This document shows, piece by piece, positions 29,084 through 39,100 of a DNA stretch of 64,000 nt. The position numbers and the translations under genes are program-made. The notes under the pieces are model-generated. The model ran no database searches. It saw only the letters and a list, made by a program, of their open reading frames with translations, and was not told where the DNA came from. The DNA comes from Treponemataceae bacterium. Its GTDB lineage: Bacteria > Spirochaetota > Spirochaetia > Treponematales > Rectinemataceae. The stretch lies in contig CAXXGJ010000038.1 in the NCBI GenBank assembly GCA_963677895.2, forward strand, positions 1 to 64,000, given 5' to 3'. Positions within the stretch are counted from its first letter, which is position 1. Each line of letters begins with the position of its first letter.

Positions 29084-29812
29084 TCACTCCTCGCCGCGGC
29101 TGCCGCCGGATACATTGTCTTCGCCCCGTCTTCTGTTCTCGATGACGAGACCGTCCTTCAGGCGGATGATATGGTCGGCGACATCTACGATCTTCGCGTC
29201 ATGCGTGGAGAAAATGAATGTCGTATCCAGTTCCCTGTTGATCTTCTTCATGAGTTCGATGATCTGCTCGCCGGTGGTCGAGTCGAGGTTGGCGGTGGGC
29301 TCGTCGGCCAGCACGATCTCCGGTTTCGTGACAAGAGCCCGGGCGATGGCCACCCTTTGTCGTTGACCGCCCGAAAGCTCGTTGGGCTTATGGGTCTTCC
29401 ATTCGGTGAGCCCCACTTCCTCGATGAGCCAGTCTATCCAGGAGGCTTTTTCGCTCGCGGAAATCTTCGTCTTGCCGAGAAGCAGGGGGAATTCTATATT
29501 TTCCCAGACATTGAGGACGGGGATGAGGTTGAACGACTGAAAGACGAAGCCGAGCACTTCGTGTCTGAAGCGCGTGAGGTCCTTGTCGGAAAGGCCCGAT
29601 GTCGCCTTCCCGCCGATGAATACCTCGCCCGAAGTCGGTTTGTCGATGAGACCTATCATGTTCAGGATGGTGGATTTACCGGAGCCGGAAGGGCCCGCAA
29701 TCGAGACGAAATCGCCCTTTTCGATGGAAAAGGTAACCCCTTTTACGGCCTGGACTTCAACCTTGCCAAGCGGATACACCTTTTTCACGTCGTTGATTTC
29801 TATGATCGCCAT
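29084..29812 (-). CDS. ABC transporter ATP-binding protein, LolD/MacB-type
   Basis: GPSGSGKST, GFVFQSFNLIP, LSGGQRQRVAIARAL, ADEPTANLD. Confidence 0.95.
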   Translation of the reverse strand: MAIIEINDVKKVYPLGKVEVQAVKGVTFSIEKGDFVSIAGPSGSGKSTILNMIGLIDKPTSGEVFIGGKATSGLSDKDLTRFRHEVLGFVFQSFNLIPVLNVWENIEFPLLLGKTKISASEKASWIDWLIEEVGLTEWKTHKPNELSGGQRQRVAIARALVTKPEIVLADEPTANLDSTTGEQIIELMKKINRELDTTFIFSTHDAKIVDVADHIIRLKDGLVIENRRRGEDNVSGGSRGEE

Positions 29813-29959
29813 GCATTTCTCCTTGCCATATCCCTTACCCCTATACACCAGTCAGCGGCCTCTTCTTGAGCGTCGCGCGCTATATGGAGCGGCCATTGGC
29901 CGCGGGACAGCGTTTTTGTAAAAATACTTATTTGTGGGCATCATAATCAACTGGTAGGA

Positions 29960-30016
29960 GAAAAAAATATCAAAAAGCCCCGGCCGCGGCGCGGAATCGC
30001 CTGGAGTCCGGGGCTT
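29960..30016 (-). terminator. Possible terminator after the aminotransferase gene
   Basis: Stem AAGCCCCGG/CCGGGGCTT (29975-30016), followed on the minus strand by TTTGATATTTTTTT. Confidence 0.45.
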
Positions 30017-30073
30017 GAATGAGAAGCGGGACTTCGGTCCGCTGGATAGTCGTCTCCGGCTATCCGACCGCGC

Positions 30074-31327
30074 CTAGCCGCGCTTCTTGGGTTCGCGTTC
30101 CGCGATTTCCTCTTCGATGACGCCGGCAAGCCGCTTGACGCCTTCCTCTATCTGGGCCTTCGAGGAATAGGAGAAATTGATCCTCATGGCATTGTGTTCC
30201 GGCTCGTCGAAGTAGAAAGCCGATCCCACGACATAGGCGACTTTCTTATCGATCGCTTTGCGGACCATAAGGTCGGTATCGACGAAGCCGGGCAGGGATA
30301 TCCAGAGGAAGAGACCGCCCTCGGGTTTCGTCCATGTGAGGTCCGGGCGCCGCGGCATGTACTTCTCGAGCATGGCAACCATGAAGTTCCGTTTTTCCCT
30401 ATATATATCCTTGGTGCGCGCCACCACTTCCTCGATCTTGCCTGTGGAGAGATACTCCGCGAGCCACATCTGGGTGAAGACGTTGGTGCAGAGATCCATG
30501 GCCTGTTTGGCGGTGACAAGCTTGGAAATAATGTCCTCTCTCGCGGTTATCCAGCCAATGCGCGTTCCCGGCGCCAATATCTTCGAGAAGGTCTTAAGCC
30601 CTATGACATTGCCCATGCCGCGCCCTTCCTGATCCAGCTGATAGATCGAAGGAATGGATTCGCCGATAAAGCGGATTTCCCTGTAGGGCGCGTCTTCCAC
30701 CACGAAAAGATCGTTTCGGTAGGAAAAATCAAGAAGCTGTCTTCGTTTTTCGACGCTCCAGCATATTCCCGTAGGGTTCTGGAAATCCGGAATCACGTAG
30801 ATGTACTTGACCCGGTCACCCCTTGCCAAGGCGCTCGCGTAGCGTTTTTCCAGCTCTCCCATATCGAAGCCGTCATCGTCGTCGCTGAAGGGAATTCCGA
30901 TGACTCTGCCCTGATAGCTTTGGATTGCCTGAATGGCTCCGATGTACGTGGGACGTCCGGCGATGACGCAGTCGCCCGGATCGAGGAAAAGCTTGGGTAT
31001 CATGTCCAGGGCTTGCTGGCTGGCGGAGGTGATGAGGAGGCTTCCCAGCGACACTTTCGTGCCATGAACCTTTTCGTAATGGATAAGTTCGGCTCGCAGG
31101 CTATTATCGCCTTCGGTCGTGCCGTACTGAAGCGCTTTCGTCGCCTGCTTCTGAAAGACCCTGTCCGCCGCCGCCCTGAGGTCTTCGACGGGGAAGGTTT
31201 CGGGAGCCGGCAGCCCGCCGGCGAAGGAGATGATGTCGGGCTGATTGGTGAGTTTGAGGAGTTCCCGTATGACGGATTTTTTCATATTATTGGCGTTCTT
31301 GGAGAAAACAGGCTCGATGGATTCCAT
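30074..31327 (-). CDS. PLP-dependent aminotransferase, class I (LysN/2-aminoadipate transaminase-like)
   Basis: ISFAGGLP, LQYG.TEG, PDFQNPTG, EDAPY, TFSKILAPG.RIGW. Confidence 0.92.
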   Translation of the reverse strand: MESIEPVFSKNANNMKKSVIRELLKLTNQPDIISFAGGLPAPETFPVEDLRAAADRVFQKQATKALQYGTTEGDNSLRAELIHYEKVHGTKVSLGSLLITSASQQALDMIPKLFLDPGDCVIAGRPTYIGAIQAIQSYQGRVIGIPFSDDDDGFDMGELEKRYASALARGDRVKYIYVIPDFQNPTGICWSVEKRRQLLDFSYRNDLFVVEDAPYREIRFIGESIPSIYQLDQEGRGMGNVIGLKTFSKILAPGTRIGWITAREDIISKLVTAKQAMDLCTNVFTQMWLAEYLSTGKIEEVVARTKDIYREKRNFMVAMLEKYMPRRPDLTWTKPEGGLFLWISLPGFVDTDLMVRKAIDKKVAYVVGSAFYFDEPEHNAMRINFSYSSKAQIEEGVKRLAGVIEEEIAEREPKKRG

Positions 31328-31471
31328 GGAATCCTCCTCTCTTTGGCGCTGAGTCCATTTCGATAATAGTACGATTCCCGCGCGGCGGTAAAGGCTTTGG
31401 CCGCGTATTGCTCTTCGGCCTCCTTTTCATAATAATGAACGCACCGAACGAAATCATCAAAGAGGTCATAT

Positions 31472-32578
31472 ATGGCATTGAACTGCGGCATCGTCGGACT
31501 TCCCAACGTGGGCAAGTCCACGATTTTCTCGGCCTTGACGAGCGCGAAGGCGGAGGCGGCCAACTATCCTTTCTGCACGATCGATCCCAACGTGGGCATC
31601 GTGGCCGTGCCGGACAACAGGTTGGACAAGCTTGTGTCGATGTTCAAACCCAAGAAGAGAGTGCCCGCCATCGTGGAATTCGTCGATATCGCGGGACTCG
31701 TGAAAGGGGCTTCACAGGGCGAGGGCTTGGGCAACCAGTTCCTCTCCCATATCCGCGAAGTGGGCATGATAGCCCATGTCGTGCGCTGTTTCGACGATCC
31801 CGACATCATCCACGTGGCCAACAAGGTGGATCCTATCGATGATATAGAAGTCATCCACACCGAACTGGCTCTGGCCGATCTCGACACGCTGGATAAAAGA
31901 CTCGAAAAGCTGCAGAAGCAGCTCAAGGTCCAGGATCCGGCGGTCAAGAAAGAGACTGAAAAGGAAATCGCCACGCTCCAGAAGATAAGGCCCGCGCTCC
32001 AAGAGGGAAGGCCGGCCCGTTCCGTTCCTCTCGAGGACGACGAACTCGAATCCGTACGCGGCGCCTTTCTCATCACGATGAAGAAGGAAATTTTCGTCTG
32101 CAATGTGGACGAGACGGGCGTGAACGGAAACGCCCACGTGGACGCCGTGCGCAAGATCGCCGAGGGCATGGGATCGGAAGCTGTCGTCATCTGCGGCAAA
32201 TTCGAGGCCGAGCTGGCCGATATCCAGGACCCGGAGGAAAAGGCGGAATTCCTGTCCGACATCGGACTGAAGGAATCCGGTCTCGCCAGTCTCATCCACG
32301 CGGCGTATAGGCTCCTGGGGCTGCGCACCTTCTTCACGGCCGGCGAGGACGAGTGCAGGGCATGGACCATCAAGGCGGGGAACAAGGCGCCGCAGGCGGC
32401 CGGCGTCATACACACCGATTTCGAAAAAGGTTTCATCAAGGCTGAAGTCTATCATTATGACGATCTTGTCGCCCTCGGCTCCGAGCCGGCCGTAAAGGCC
32501 GCCGGCAAGCTCCGCCAGGAAGGGCGAGAGTATGTCGTCCAGGACGGGGATGTCGTCTTCTTCAAATTCAATGTCTGA
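31472..32578 (+). CDS. ychF: Redox-regulated ATPase YchF
   Basis: GIVGLPNVGKST, ANYPFCTIDPN, DIAGLVKGA..GEGLGN, TGS domain. Confidence 0.98.
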   Translation: MALNCGIVGLPNVGKSTIFSALTSAKAEAANYPFCTIDPNVGIVAVPDNRLDKLVSMFKPKKRVPAIVEFVDIAGLVKGASQGEGLGNQFLSHIREVGMIAHVVRCFDDPDIIHVANKVDPIDDIEVIHTELALADLDTLDKRLEKLQKQLKVQDPAVKKETEKEIATLQKIRPALQEGRPARSVPLEDDELESVRGAFLITMKKEIFVCNVDETGVNGNAHVDAVRKIAEGMGSEAVVICGKFEAELADIQDPEEKAEFLSDIGLKESGLASLIHAAYRLLGLRTFFTAGEDECRAWTIKAGNKAPQAAGVIHTDFEKGFIKAEVYHYDDLVALGSEPAVKAAGKLRQEGREYVVQDGDVVFFKFNV

Positions 32579-33203
32579 GAATGTCCCGCTCGATGGCTTT
32601 CCTCCGGCTGGCGCGGTCGAGGAAAGCGAGGATCCGCTCTTTCTGATTCTCGGCTCCTTTCCCTCGTTACGCTCTCTCGAGAAGCGCGAATACTATGGAA
32701 ACCCGCAGAATCATTTCTGGAAGATAATCCGCGATTGTTTCGGGCAGCCCGAGCCCCATTCCTATGCCGAGAAAATCGAAATGCTGAAAATGGCGCGGAT
32801 TGCCCTCTGGGACATCTTCTCCTCCTGTGAAAGGCCGGGAAGCCTGGATAAGGACATCTCCCGGGCTCAGCCCAATCCTATAGCTGAATTCCTGCGCCGG
32901 CATCCGTCCATCGTCGCGATCGGCGCGAACGGGGGAGCCGCCGCCCAGGGATTCTCGAGAGAATTCATCAAAGAATCCGCCCTGGTTGAAGGTGGCGGCG
33001 GAGGCGGTAGTGGTGGTGGCGGCAGTGGCGGGGCGGCGCTATTTAGAACCGGCGACAGTCTTGTCTGGACGCCTGGTTTTTCGCCGGAGCTGCGCATTCG
33101 CGTAACAAGACTTCCCTCGACAAGCCCCGTTCCCACGGCTGTCTTCAAGACAATAGCGGACAAACTGCCGCACTGGAAAACATTTTTTACTATACATATG
33201 TAG
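32571..33203 (+). CDS. DNA-deoxyinosine (hypoxanthine) glycosylase, UDG superfamily
   Basis: LILGSFPS..SL...YYGNPQNHFW, LWD...C.R.GSLD, LPSTSP. Overlaps the ychF stop. Confidence 0.85.
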   Translation: MSENVPLDGFPPAGAVEESEDPLFLILGSFPSLRSLEKREYYGNPQNHFWKIIRDCFGQPEPHSYAEKIEMLKMARIALWDIFSSCERPGSLDKDISRAQPNPIAEFLRRHPSIVAIGANGGAAAQGFSREFIKESALVEGGGGGGSGGGGSGGAALFRTGDSLVWTPGFSPELRIRVTRLPSTSPVPTAVFKTIADKLPHWKTFFTIHM

Positions 33204-33251
33204 GCCACTACTTGCCTCGAATGACCTAATATCGTATCCTTGTGGCATCGT

Positions 33252-36083
33252 ATGGATAAACTAATTATTAAAGGCGCCAGGGAGCATAATCTAAAGAATA
33301 TAGACCTGGAACTTCCGCGCAATAAGCTCATCGTGATATCCGGACTTTCGGGATCGGGCAAGAGTTCGCTCGCCTTCGACACAATTTTCGCGGAGGGGCA
33401 GCGACGCTATGTCGAATCCCTCTCGTCATACGCGAGAATGTTCCTCGGCCGCATGGACAAACCCGACGTGGATTATATCGAAGGCCTGTCCCCCGCGATC
33501 TCCATAGAGCAGAAGACGACACACAAAAATCCCCGCTCCACGGTAGGCACGGTTACCGAAATCCATGATTATTTCCGCCTTCTCTACGCGAGGATCGGAA
33601 CGCCCCATTGCCCCTCCTGCGGCCGCGTCATCAAAGAACAGAGCGTCGACCAGATTCTGGACGTGATACTGTCCTGGCCTTCAGGCACCAAACTGCAGAT
33701 CCTGGCTCCCGTCGTGCGCGCCATGAAGGGCGAGCACAAAAAATGGTTCGAGGACGCGCGGAAGCAGGGATTCGCGCGCGCGCGCGTCGATGGCGAGATG
33801 CGGGAGCTTGAGGAAGATATTTCGCTCGAGAAGCAGAAAAAACATACTATCGAAGTGGTCGTCGACAGAATCAAGCAGGGACCCGACGTGAGGCGGCGCA
33901 TAGCCGAGGCCGTCGAAACCTCGCTCCAGATCGCCGATGGCGTCGTCATCGTGCTCAGGGAATCCGACAAAGGCGTTTCCGAGGAATTCTTCAGCCAAAA
34001 AGGCGCCTGTCCAGAGTGCGGCATTTCGCTTCCGGAGATGGAACCTCGTCTCTTTTCGTTCAACGCTCCGCAGGGCGCCTGTCCCTCATGCACCGGCCTG
34101 GGACTCAATCTTGAGTTCGAACCCGACCTCTGCATCCCGGACAAGAGCCTGTCCTTCAACGAGGGCGGCTGTCTTCCCTATAATCCCTCGTCCGCGTGGA
34201 ACAGATCCAGGTTCGAAGCCCTCGCCACATATTACAGATTCAGCCTCGATACAGCCTTTGAGGATTTGAGCCCGGCGATCATGAAGGCCATACTGTACGG
34301 AACCGACGACCCCATAAAATACCATTACGACAACAGGGACAATACGGGGCATTTTGAATACAACACGAAATTTCCAGGAATTCTGGCCGATCTCAAGCGA
34401 CGCTACAGGGAAACGACGAGCGAGGGCGTAAAGCAGTGGCTGGAAAACTTCATGACTGAAAAGCCCTGTACGGCCTGCGGCGGGAAGCGCCTTCGCCCCG
34501 AGGCCTTGGCCGTGACGATAGGGGACAAGAACATAAACGAAGTCTCTTCCATGTCGGTGGAGGAAGCGCTCAAATTCTTCTCCGCCGTGACCTTCACCGA
34601 TGTGGAAAAGCAGATTTCCAAGCAGATTACGAAGGAAATCAAGGCGAGACTCACCTTCATGAAAAATGTGGGTCTGGAGTACCTGACGCTGGAACGAAAG
34701 GCTGCCACGCTTTCCGGAGGCGAAGCGCAGCGGATACGGCTCGCCACGCAGATCGGCAGTTCCCTCGTCGGCGTGCTCTATATACTGGACGAACCTTCCA
34801 TCGGACTTCATCAGCGCGATAACCAGCGTCTCATCGATACGCTCCTCTATATGCGGGATATCGGCAACACCCTCATCGTCGTCGAGCACGACGAGCAGAC
34901 GCTGCGGACCGCCGACTACATCGTCGACCTCGGCCCAGGCGCGGGAGAGCATGGCGGCAAGATAGTCGCGCAGGGCACGCCCGAAGAAGTCATGCGTTCG
35001 AGCAAAAGCATTACCGGACTGTACCTCGCGGGGAAACTCTCCATAGAAGTTCCGGCGGTCAGGCGGGATGGAAACGGAAGGGAAATCGTCGTGCGCGGCG
35101 CCCGCGAACACAACCTGAAAGACCTGGATGTGCGGATCCCGCTCGGGATGTTCGTATGCATCACCGGCGTATCGGGTTCGGGGAAAAGCACGCTCCTCAC
35201 CGATCTTCTCTATCCGGCCATCTCCAACCGCGTCATGCATTCCAACCTTCTGGAGGGCGAGTACAGCGGTATCGAGGGCATCGAAAACATCGACAAGATC
35301 ATCAATATCGACCAGAGTCCCATCGGCAGGACGCCGCGTTCCAACCCGGCGACCTATGTCGGGGTCTTCACCGCCATCAGGGAACTCTTCGCCAACTTGC
35401 CCGAATCGAAGGCAAGAGGCTGGAAGTCGGGCCGATACAGCTTCAACGTGAAAGGCGGGCGCTGCGAAAATTGCCAGGGCGACGGCACGCTCAAGATCGA
35501 GATGAATTTTCTCCCCGACGTCTATATCGAATGCGATGTCTGCCATGGGAAGCGGTTCAATGCCGACACCATGGATGTGCGCTATAAAGGCAAGAACATC
35601 GCCGATGTCCTCGAGATGACGATAGAGGAAGCGGCAAAGTTTTTCGCGCATATCCCTCCGATCGCTCATAAATTCGAAACCCTCCTTTCGGTGGGGCTGG
35701 GATACGTCAAGGTCGGGCAATCCGCGCTGACGCTTTCGGGCGGAGAGGCGCAGCGCATCAAGCTGGCCTTCGAGCTCGCCAAGCGTTCCACGGGCAAGAC
35801 GCTCTATTTCATGGACGAACCCACGACGGGCCTGCACTTCGCCGACGTCAAGCAGCTTATGGAGGTCATCCAGCGGCTCGTGGACGCGGGCAACAGCATC
35901 GTGATGATAGAGCACAACCTCGATGTCATCAAACTGGCCGACTGGATAATCGATCTGGGCCCCGAAGGCGGAACGAAGGGAGGCAATATCATAGTCCAGG
36001 GAAGGCCGGAGGAAGTCGTCAAGAACAAAACTTCCTATACGGGGAAATATCTCCGGGAGTACTTGGGAAGCCATCGCGCTTAA
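33252..36083 (+). CDS. uvrA: Excinuclease ABC subunit A
   Basis: GAREHNLKN, two GSGKS P-loops, two LSGGEAQRI signatures, CxxC zinc fingers. Confidence 0.99.
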   Translation: MDKLIIKGAREHNLKNIDLELPRNKLIVISGLSGSGKSSLAFDTIFAEGQRRYVESLSSYARMFLGRMDKPDVDYIEGLSPAISIEQKTTHKNPRSTVGTVTEIHDYFRLLYARIGTPHCPSCGRVIKEQSVDQILDVILSWPSGTKLQILAPVVRAMKGEHKKWFEDARKQGFARARVDGEMRELEEDISLEKQKKHTIEVVVDRIKQGPDVRRRIAEAVETSLQIADGVVIVLRESDKGVSEEFFSQKGACPECGISLPEMEPRLFSFNAPQGACPSCTGLGLNLEFEPDLCIPDKSLSFNEGGCLPYNPSSAWNRSRFEALATYYRFSLDTAFEDLSPAIMKAILYGTDDPIKYHYDNRDNTGHFEYNTKFPGILADLKRRYRETTSEGVKQWLENFMTEKPCTACGGKRLRPEALAVTIGDKNINEVSSMSVEEALKFFSAVTFTDVEKQISKQITKEIKARLTFMKNVGLEYLTLERKAATLSGGEAQRIRLATQIGSSLVGVLYILDEPSIGLHQRDNQRLIDTLLYMRDIGNTLIVVEHDEQTLRTADYIVDLGPGAGEHGGKIVAQGTPEEVMRSSKSITGLYLAGKLSIEVPAVRRDGNGREIVVRGAREHNLKDLDVRIPLGMFVCITGVSGSGKSTLLTDLLYPAISNRVMHSNLLEGEYSGIEGIENIDKIINIDQSPIGRTPRSNPATYVGVFTAIRELFANLPESKARGWKSGRYSFNVKGGRCENCQGDGTLKIEMNFLPDVYIECDVCHGKRFNADTMDVRYKGKNIADVLEMTIEEAAKFFAHIPPIAHKFETLLSVGLGYVKVGQSALTLSGGEAQRIKLAFELAKRSTGKTLYFMDEPTTGLHFADVKQLMEVIQRLVDAGNSIVMIEHNLDVIKLADWIIDLGPEGGTKGGNIIVQGRPEEVVKNKTSYTGKYLREYLGSHRA

Positions 36084-36122
36084 TGTTGCATCCCGGCATC
36101 CGACCGGTGTACTATCGCCTAG

Positions 36123-39100
36123 ATGTTTCGCAAAGCCATTGCACTCGGCCTCGGTATTTTCCTCGCGCTTTCGGCGTTTTCCCAGTCACAGGAGGCCTCG
36201 CCCTTAAGCGCGACCTCAAGCGTGGCTTCTGGCGCGCCTGAGGCCGCCGAGGCTGTAAAGTCGGCTGATGTCCTGGCGGCCATGTCCGAAATCGAACGCA
36301 AATCCCTCGCGCTTGATATAGCCATCAGCAATTATTACGAACTCAGGGCCATGGCCGAAAAATACGGGCTTTCCGCGGAAGGCTTGAGCCAGGAGTTGCG
36401 CTCCCGGCTTTACGAATTCTTCAAGCTCTCGCCGCCGGCCACGCCGCCCTCGGCCTCCAGCATGACGATAGAGAGCGCCTCCAATCTGGAATATTTCACC
36501 CTTGAAGGCAGCCAGGACAGCTATATCAGGCTCTCGGGCCCTCTGACGCTGAAAATCACGACCAATGACGGTTTCAGCCACAAGATCCAGGCCGATGAGA
36601 TTGTTTTCAACAGGGACAAGGAAATCGTTCAGGCGAAGGGTAATGTCCTCTATATTCGCGAAGGGCAGGGGCGCAGCGACGAATTCAGGGGGTCCACGAT
36701 CCTCGTCGATCTGAAATCCTATTCCGGAGTATTTCTGGACGGAGTCTATAATCTCGATCCTTCCGCCGCGGTCAAGCGAAGCCTTTCTTTTCATTTTGAA
36801 AAGCTGACGAGGAGGGCAACCGATCTCACCATACTTGAAAACGCCCTCGTCACCGCCTGCGAAGATCCCCAGCCCCATTATCATATCAGGGCGAAAAAAG
36901 TGTGGCTTTTCGAGAACGGCGACTGGGCCTTGTCCGGCGCTACGCTCTACCTTGGCGTCGTTCCCGTTCTGTGGCTTCCGTTTTTCTACTACCCGAACGA
37001 TGAAATCGTCTTCCATCCCGTCATTGGGTATCGCTCGAGGGAAGGGGCTTTCGTCCAGACGACCACCTACCTTCTCGGGGCGATGAAAAGGGAAACGAAT
37101 TCTTCCAGCAGTCTTTCCCTCTTCAACGAGGAGGGAAGCGGCGGAACGACGGAGCTGTCGGGGATTTTCATCAAGCGGCTGCAGTCAGCCTCCGTCGACG
37201 GCGAAGACGGCGCGGGGAAGGCCTCGAAATCTTCGAATGGCCGGACTCTCAAACTGCTCGCCGACATCTATTCGGCCTTGGGCATTTATGTCGGCTTGGC
37301 GGGCACGATTCCAGAGACAAAATCCGGATCCCTGGATTTCACGGTCGGCATGGGCTTGAGCCGTTCGCTCTTCCTCGAATCGAATGGTTTCTATTCGCCC
37401 TTCGACTCCTCGAACGGAAATGTCTCCAACTGGAACTCCTCCAACTTCCTCGGCCTCGCCCTTCCGTTCAGGTTCGGACTGGACGCCACCTATTCGTACA
37501 AGAAGACTTCAGGTCCGCTGCGTTATTCTGTAGCCGTCAAAATGCCTTTCTATTCGGATCCATATTTCGAGAAGGATTTTTACCAGCGAAGCGAATCTTC
37601 CAACATGCTCGCGGCCATCGACGCCAATACCACGGCCGTATCGAAACGGACTTCCATGACGCAAAGTCTGCAATCCAGCCTTAGCTGGTCAGTCCAAAAC
37701 GCCAAGGGGCCTTCGCTCCTGCAAAGCGCCTCCGTTTCCAAGCTGGCGGCGCAGATGGCGTGGAAATCCAAGTCGCAGCCGACCACGGGGCTCACGACCG
37801 CCCAAAAAAGGATGCTGGCCGTGGATCCGCAGCGGGATTTCTTCTATCCGGATAGCCTGAAGTTCCTGGACAGCACTTTTTCCCTCTCGGGCACCTTTAT
37901 TCAATACGATTCAAAGGCAAAAAAGACAGGAGACGCTAACGCCGCGCTTCCTGAAGCGGCCGGAGAAACCGGATCCGAGGTTATTGAGGGCGATGACGGA
38001 AATTCAGTTCCTTCGGCGGAAAACGAGGGCGCCAAGCTCGCTGCCGCAGATTCATCGCTCGCGGCATCGGAAAAGAAGCCGAGGGATTTTTCGCAGAGTT
38101 CGATCAACCTAGGCTGGACGGCATCGGGCTCTACGAGCATCGAGGAAAAATTCTATTCTTCGGATTGGATCTACCCCGAGGATGTGGATACTTCGCTTTC
38201 CTACCTTCTTGCCGGGTGGAAGGGGAGCGCGACGCTGACATCCAGCGGCAGCTGGGCTGAAAGACTGCTGGCCATGCAGACTAGCCTTGGATTCAGCTCC
38301 CAGGATCAATGGAGGCCCTATCTCAGGGATGATAGGATTTCGCCCACGACGGTCCATCCGTACCGATTGTCAGATTATTCCTATCGATCGACGACGGTCG
38401 ACGCGAGCGCCGCTCTGTCGGTTTCCCCTTTCCGTTCGGGCACTTCCTTATCGGCTTCATCCCTGCAATATTCCATCGGCGGCACGCTGTACAAGAACAA
38501 GTACTCGGGGTTAACCGATGACGGAAAGGATTCCTTGCCGATCTATACTTCCACATGGATAGGCTGGAACAGCGATACATTAAGCAGCCATGCCCTTTCG
38601 GCCACGATGTCCTTGGCTCCCAGGAACAAAGCGTCGCAGCGGTTGAGTTTTACCGCTTCGCTGCCGCCTCTCCTGGAGAAGTATTCGGCCGCCTACGCTT
38701 TCAGCAGGAAGTATTTCCAGGCCAATCTCACTGGGGCGATTTCCAGGGCGAGCAGCGGCGCCGAGCTGCTTCCCTCCACTCTGAGCGCCCAGCTTGTCCT
38801 GGGCGCCTCGCCCTTCCCGGTGCTCAAATCCGATTTTTCATGGGATTTCGACGAAGCGGCTCCTCTCTCGAGCATTACTTCGCTGGAATACGGCTGGGCG
38901 AAAACGGCTTTCACCGCCAAAAAATCGAAGGGCTATTCCTTTTCGGACGGCCTGTGGAGCACCGACGGCACCGAAAGCTTCAGGCCCTACGAAGCTTCGC
39001 TTTCCTTGACGCCGAAGATCGGCGAGGCATCGGTTAAAACCGATCAAAACGGTTCCTCACTTCAGTTTTATCTGCGTCCCACGATTTCGTATACGCAAAA

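Noticed and set aside
29813..30073. Riboswitch in the structured leader of the ABC operon
   Set aside because: Hairpins are present, but I recognise no riboswitch consensus, and a terminator for the upstream gene explains the main stem. An Rfam scan would settle it.
34086..36074. 662-aa minus-strand ORF and the many other long antisense or alternate-frame ORFs in the track
   Set aside because: They lie opposite well-supported genes (uvrA, pncB, pheS, fprA and others), show no motifs, and are expected shadows of GC-rich codon usage.
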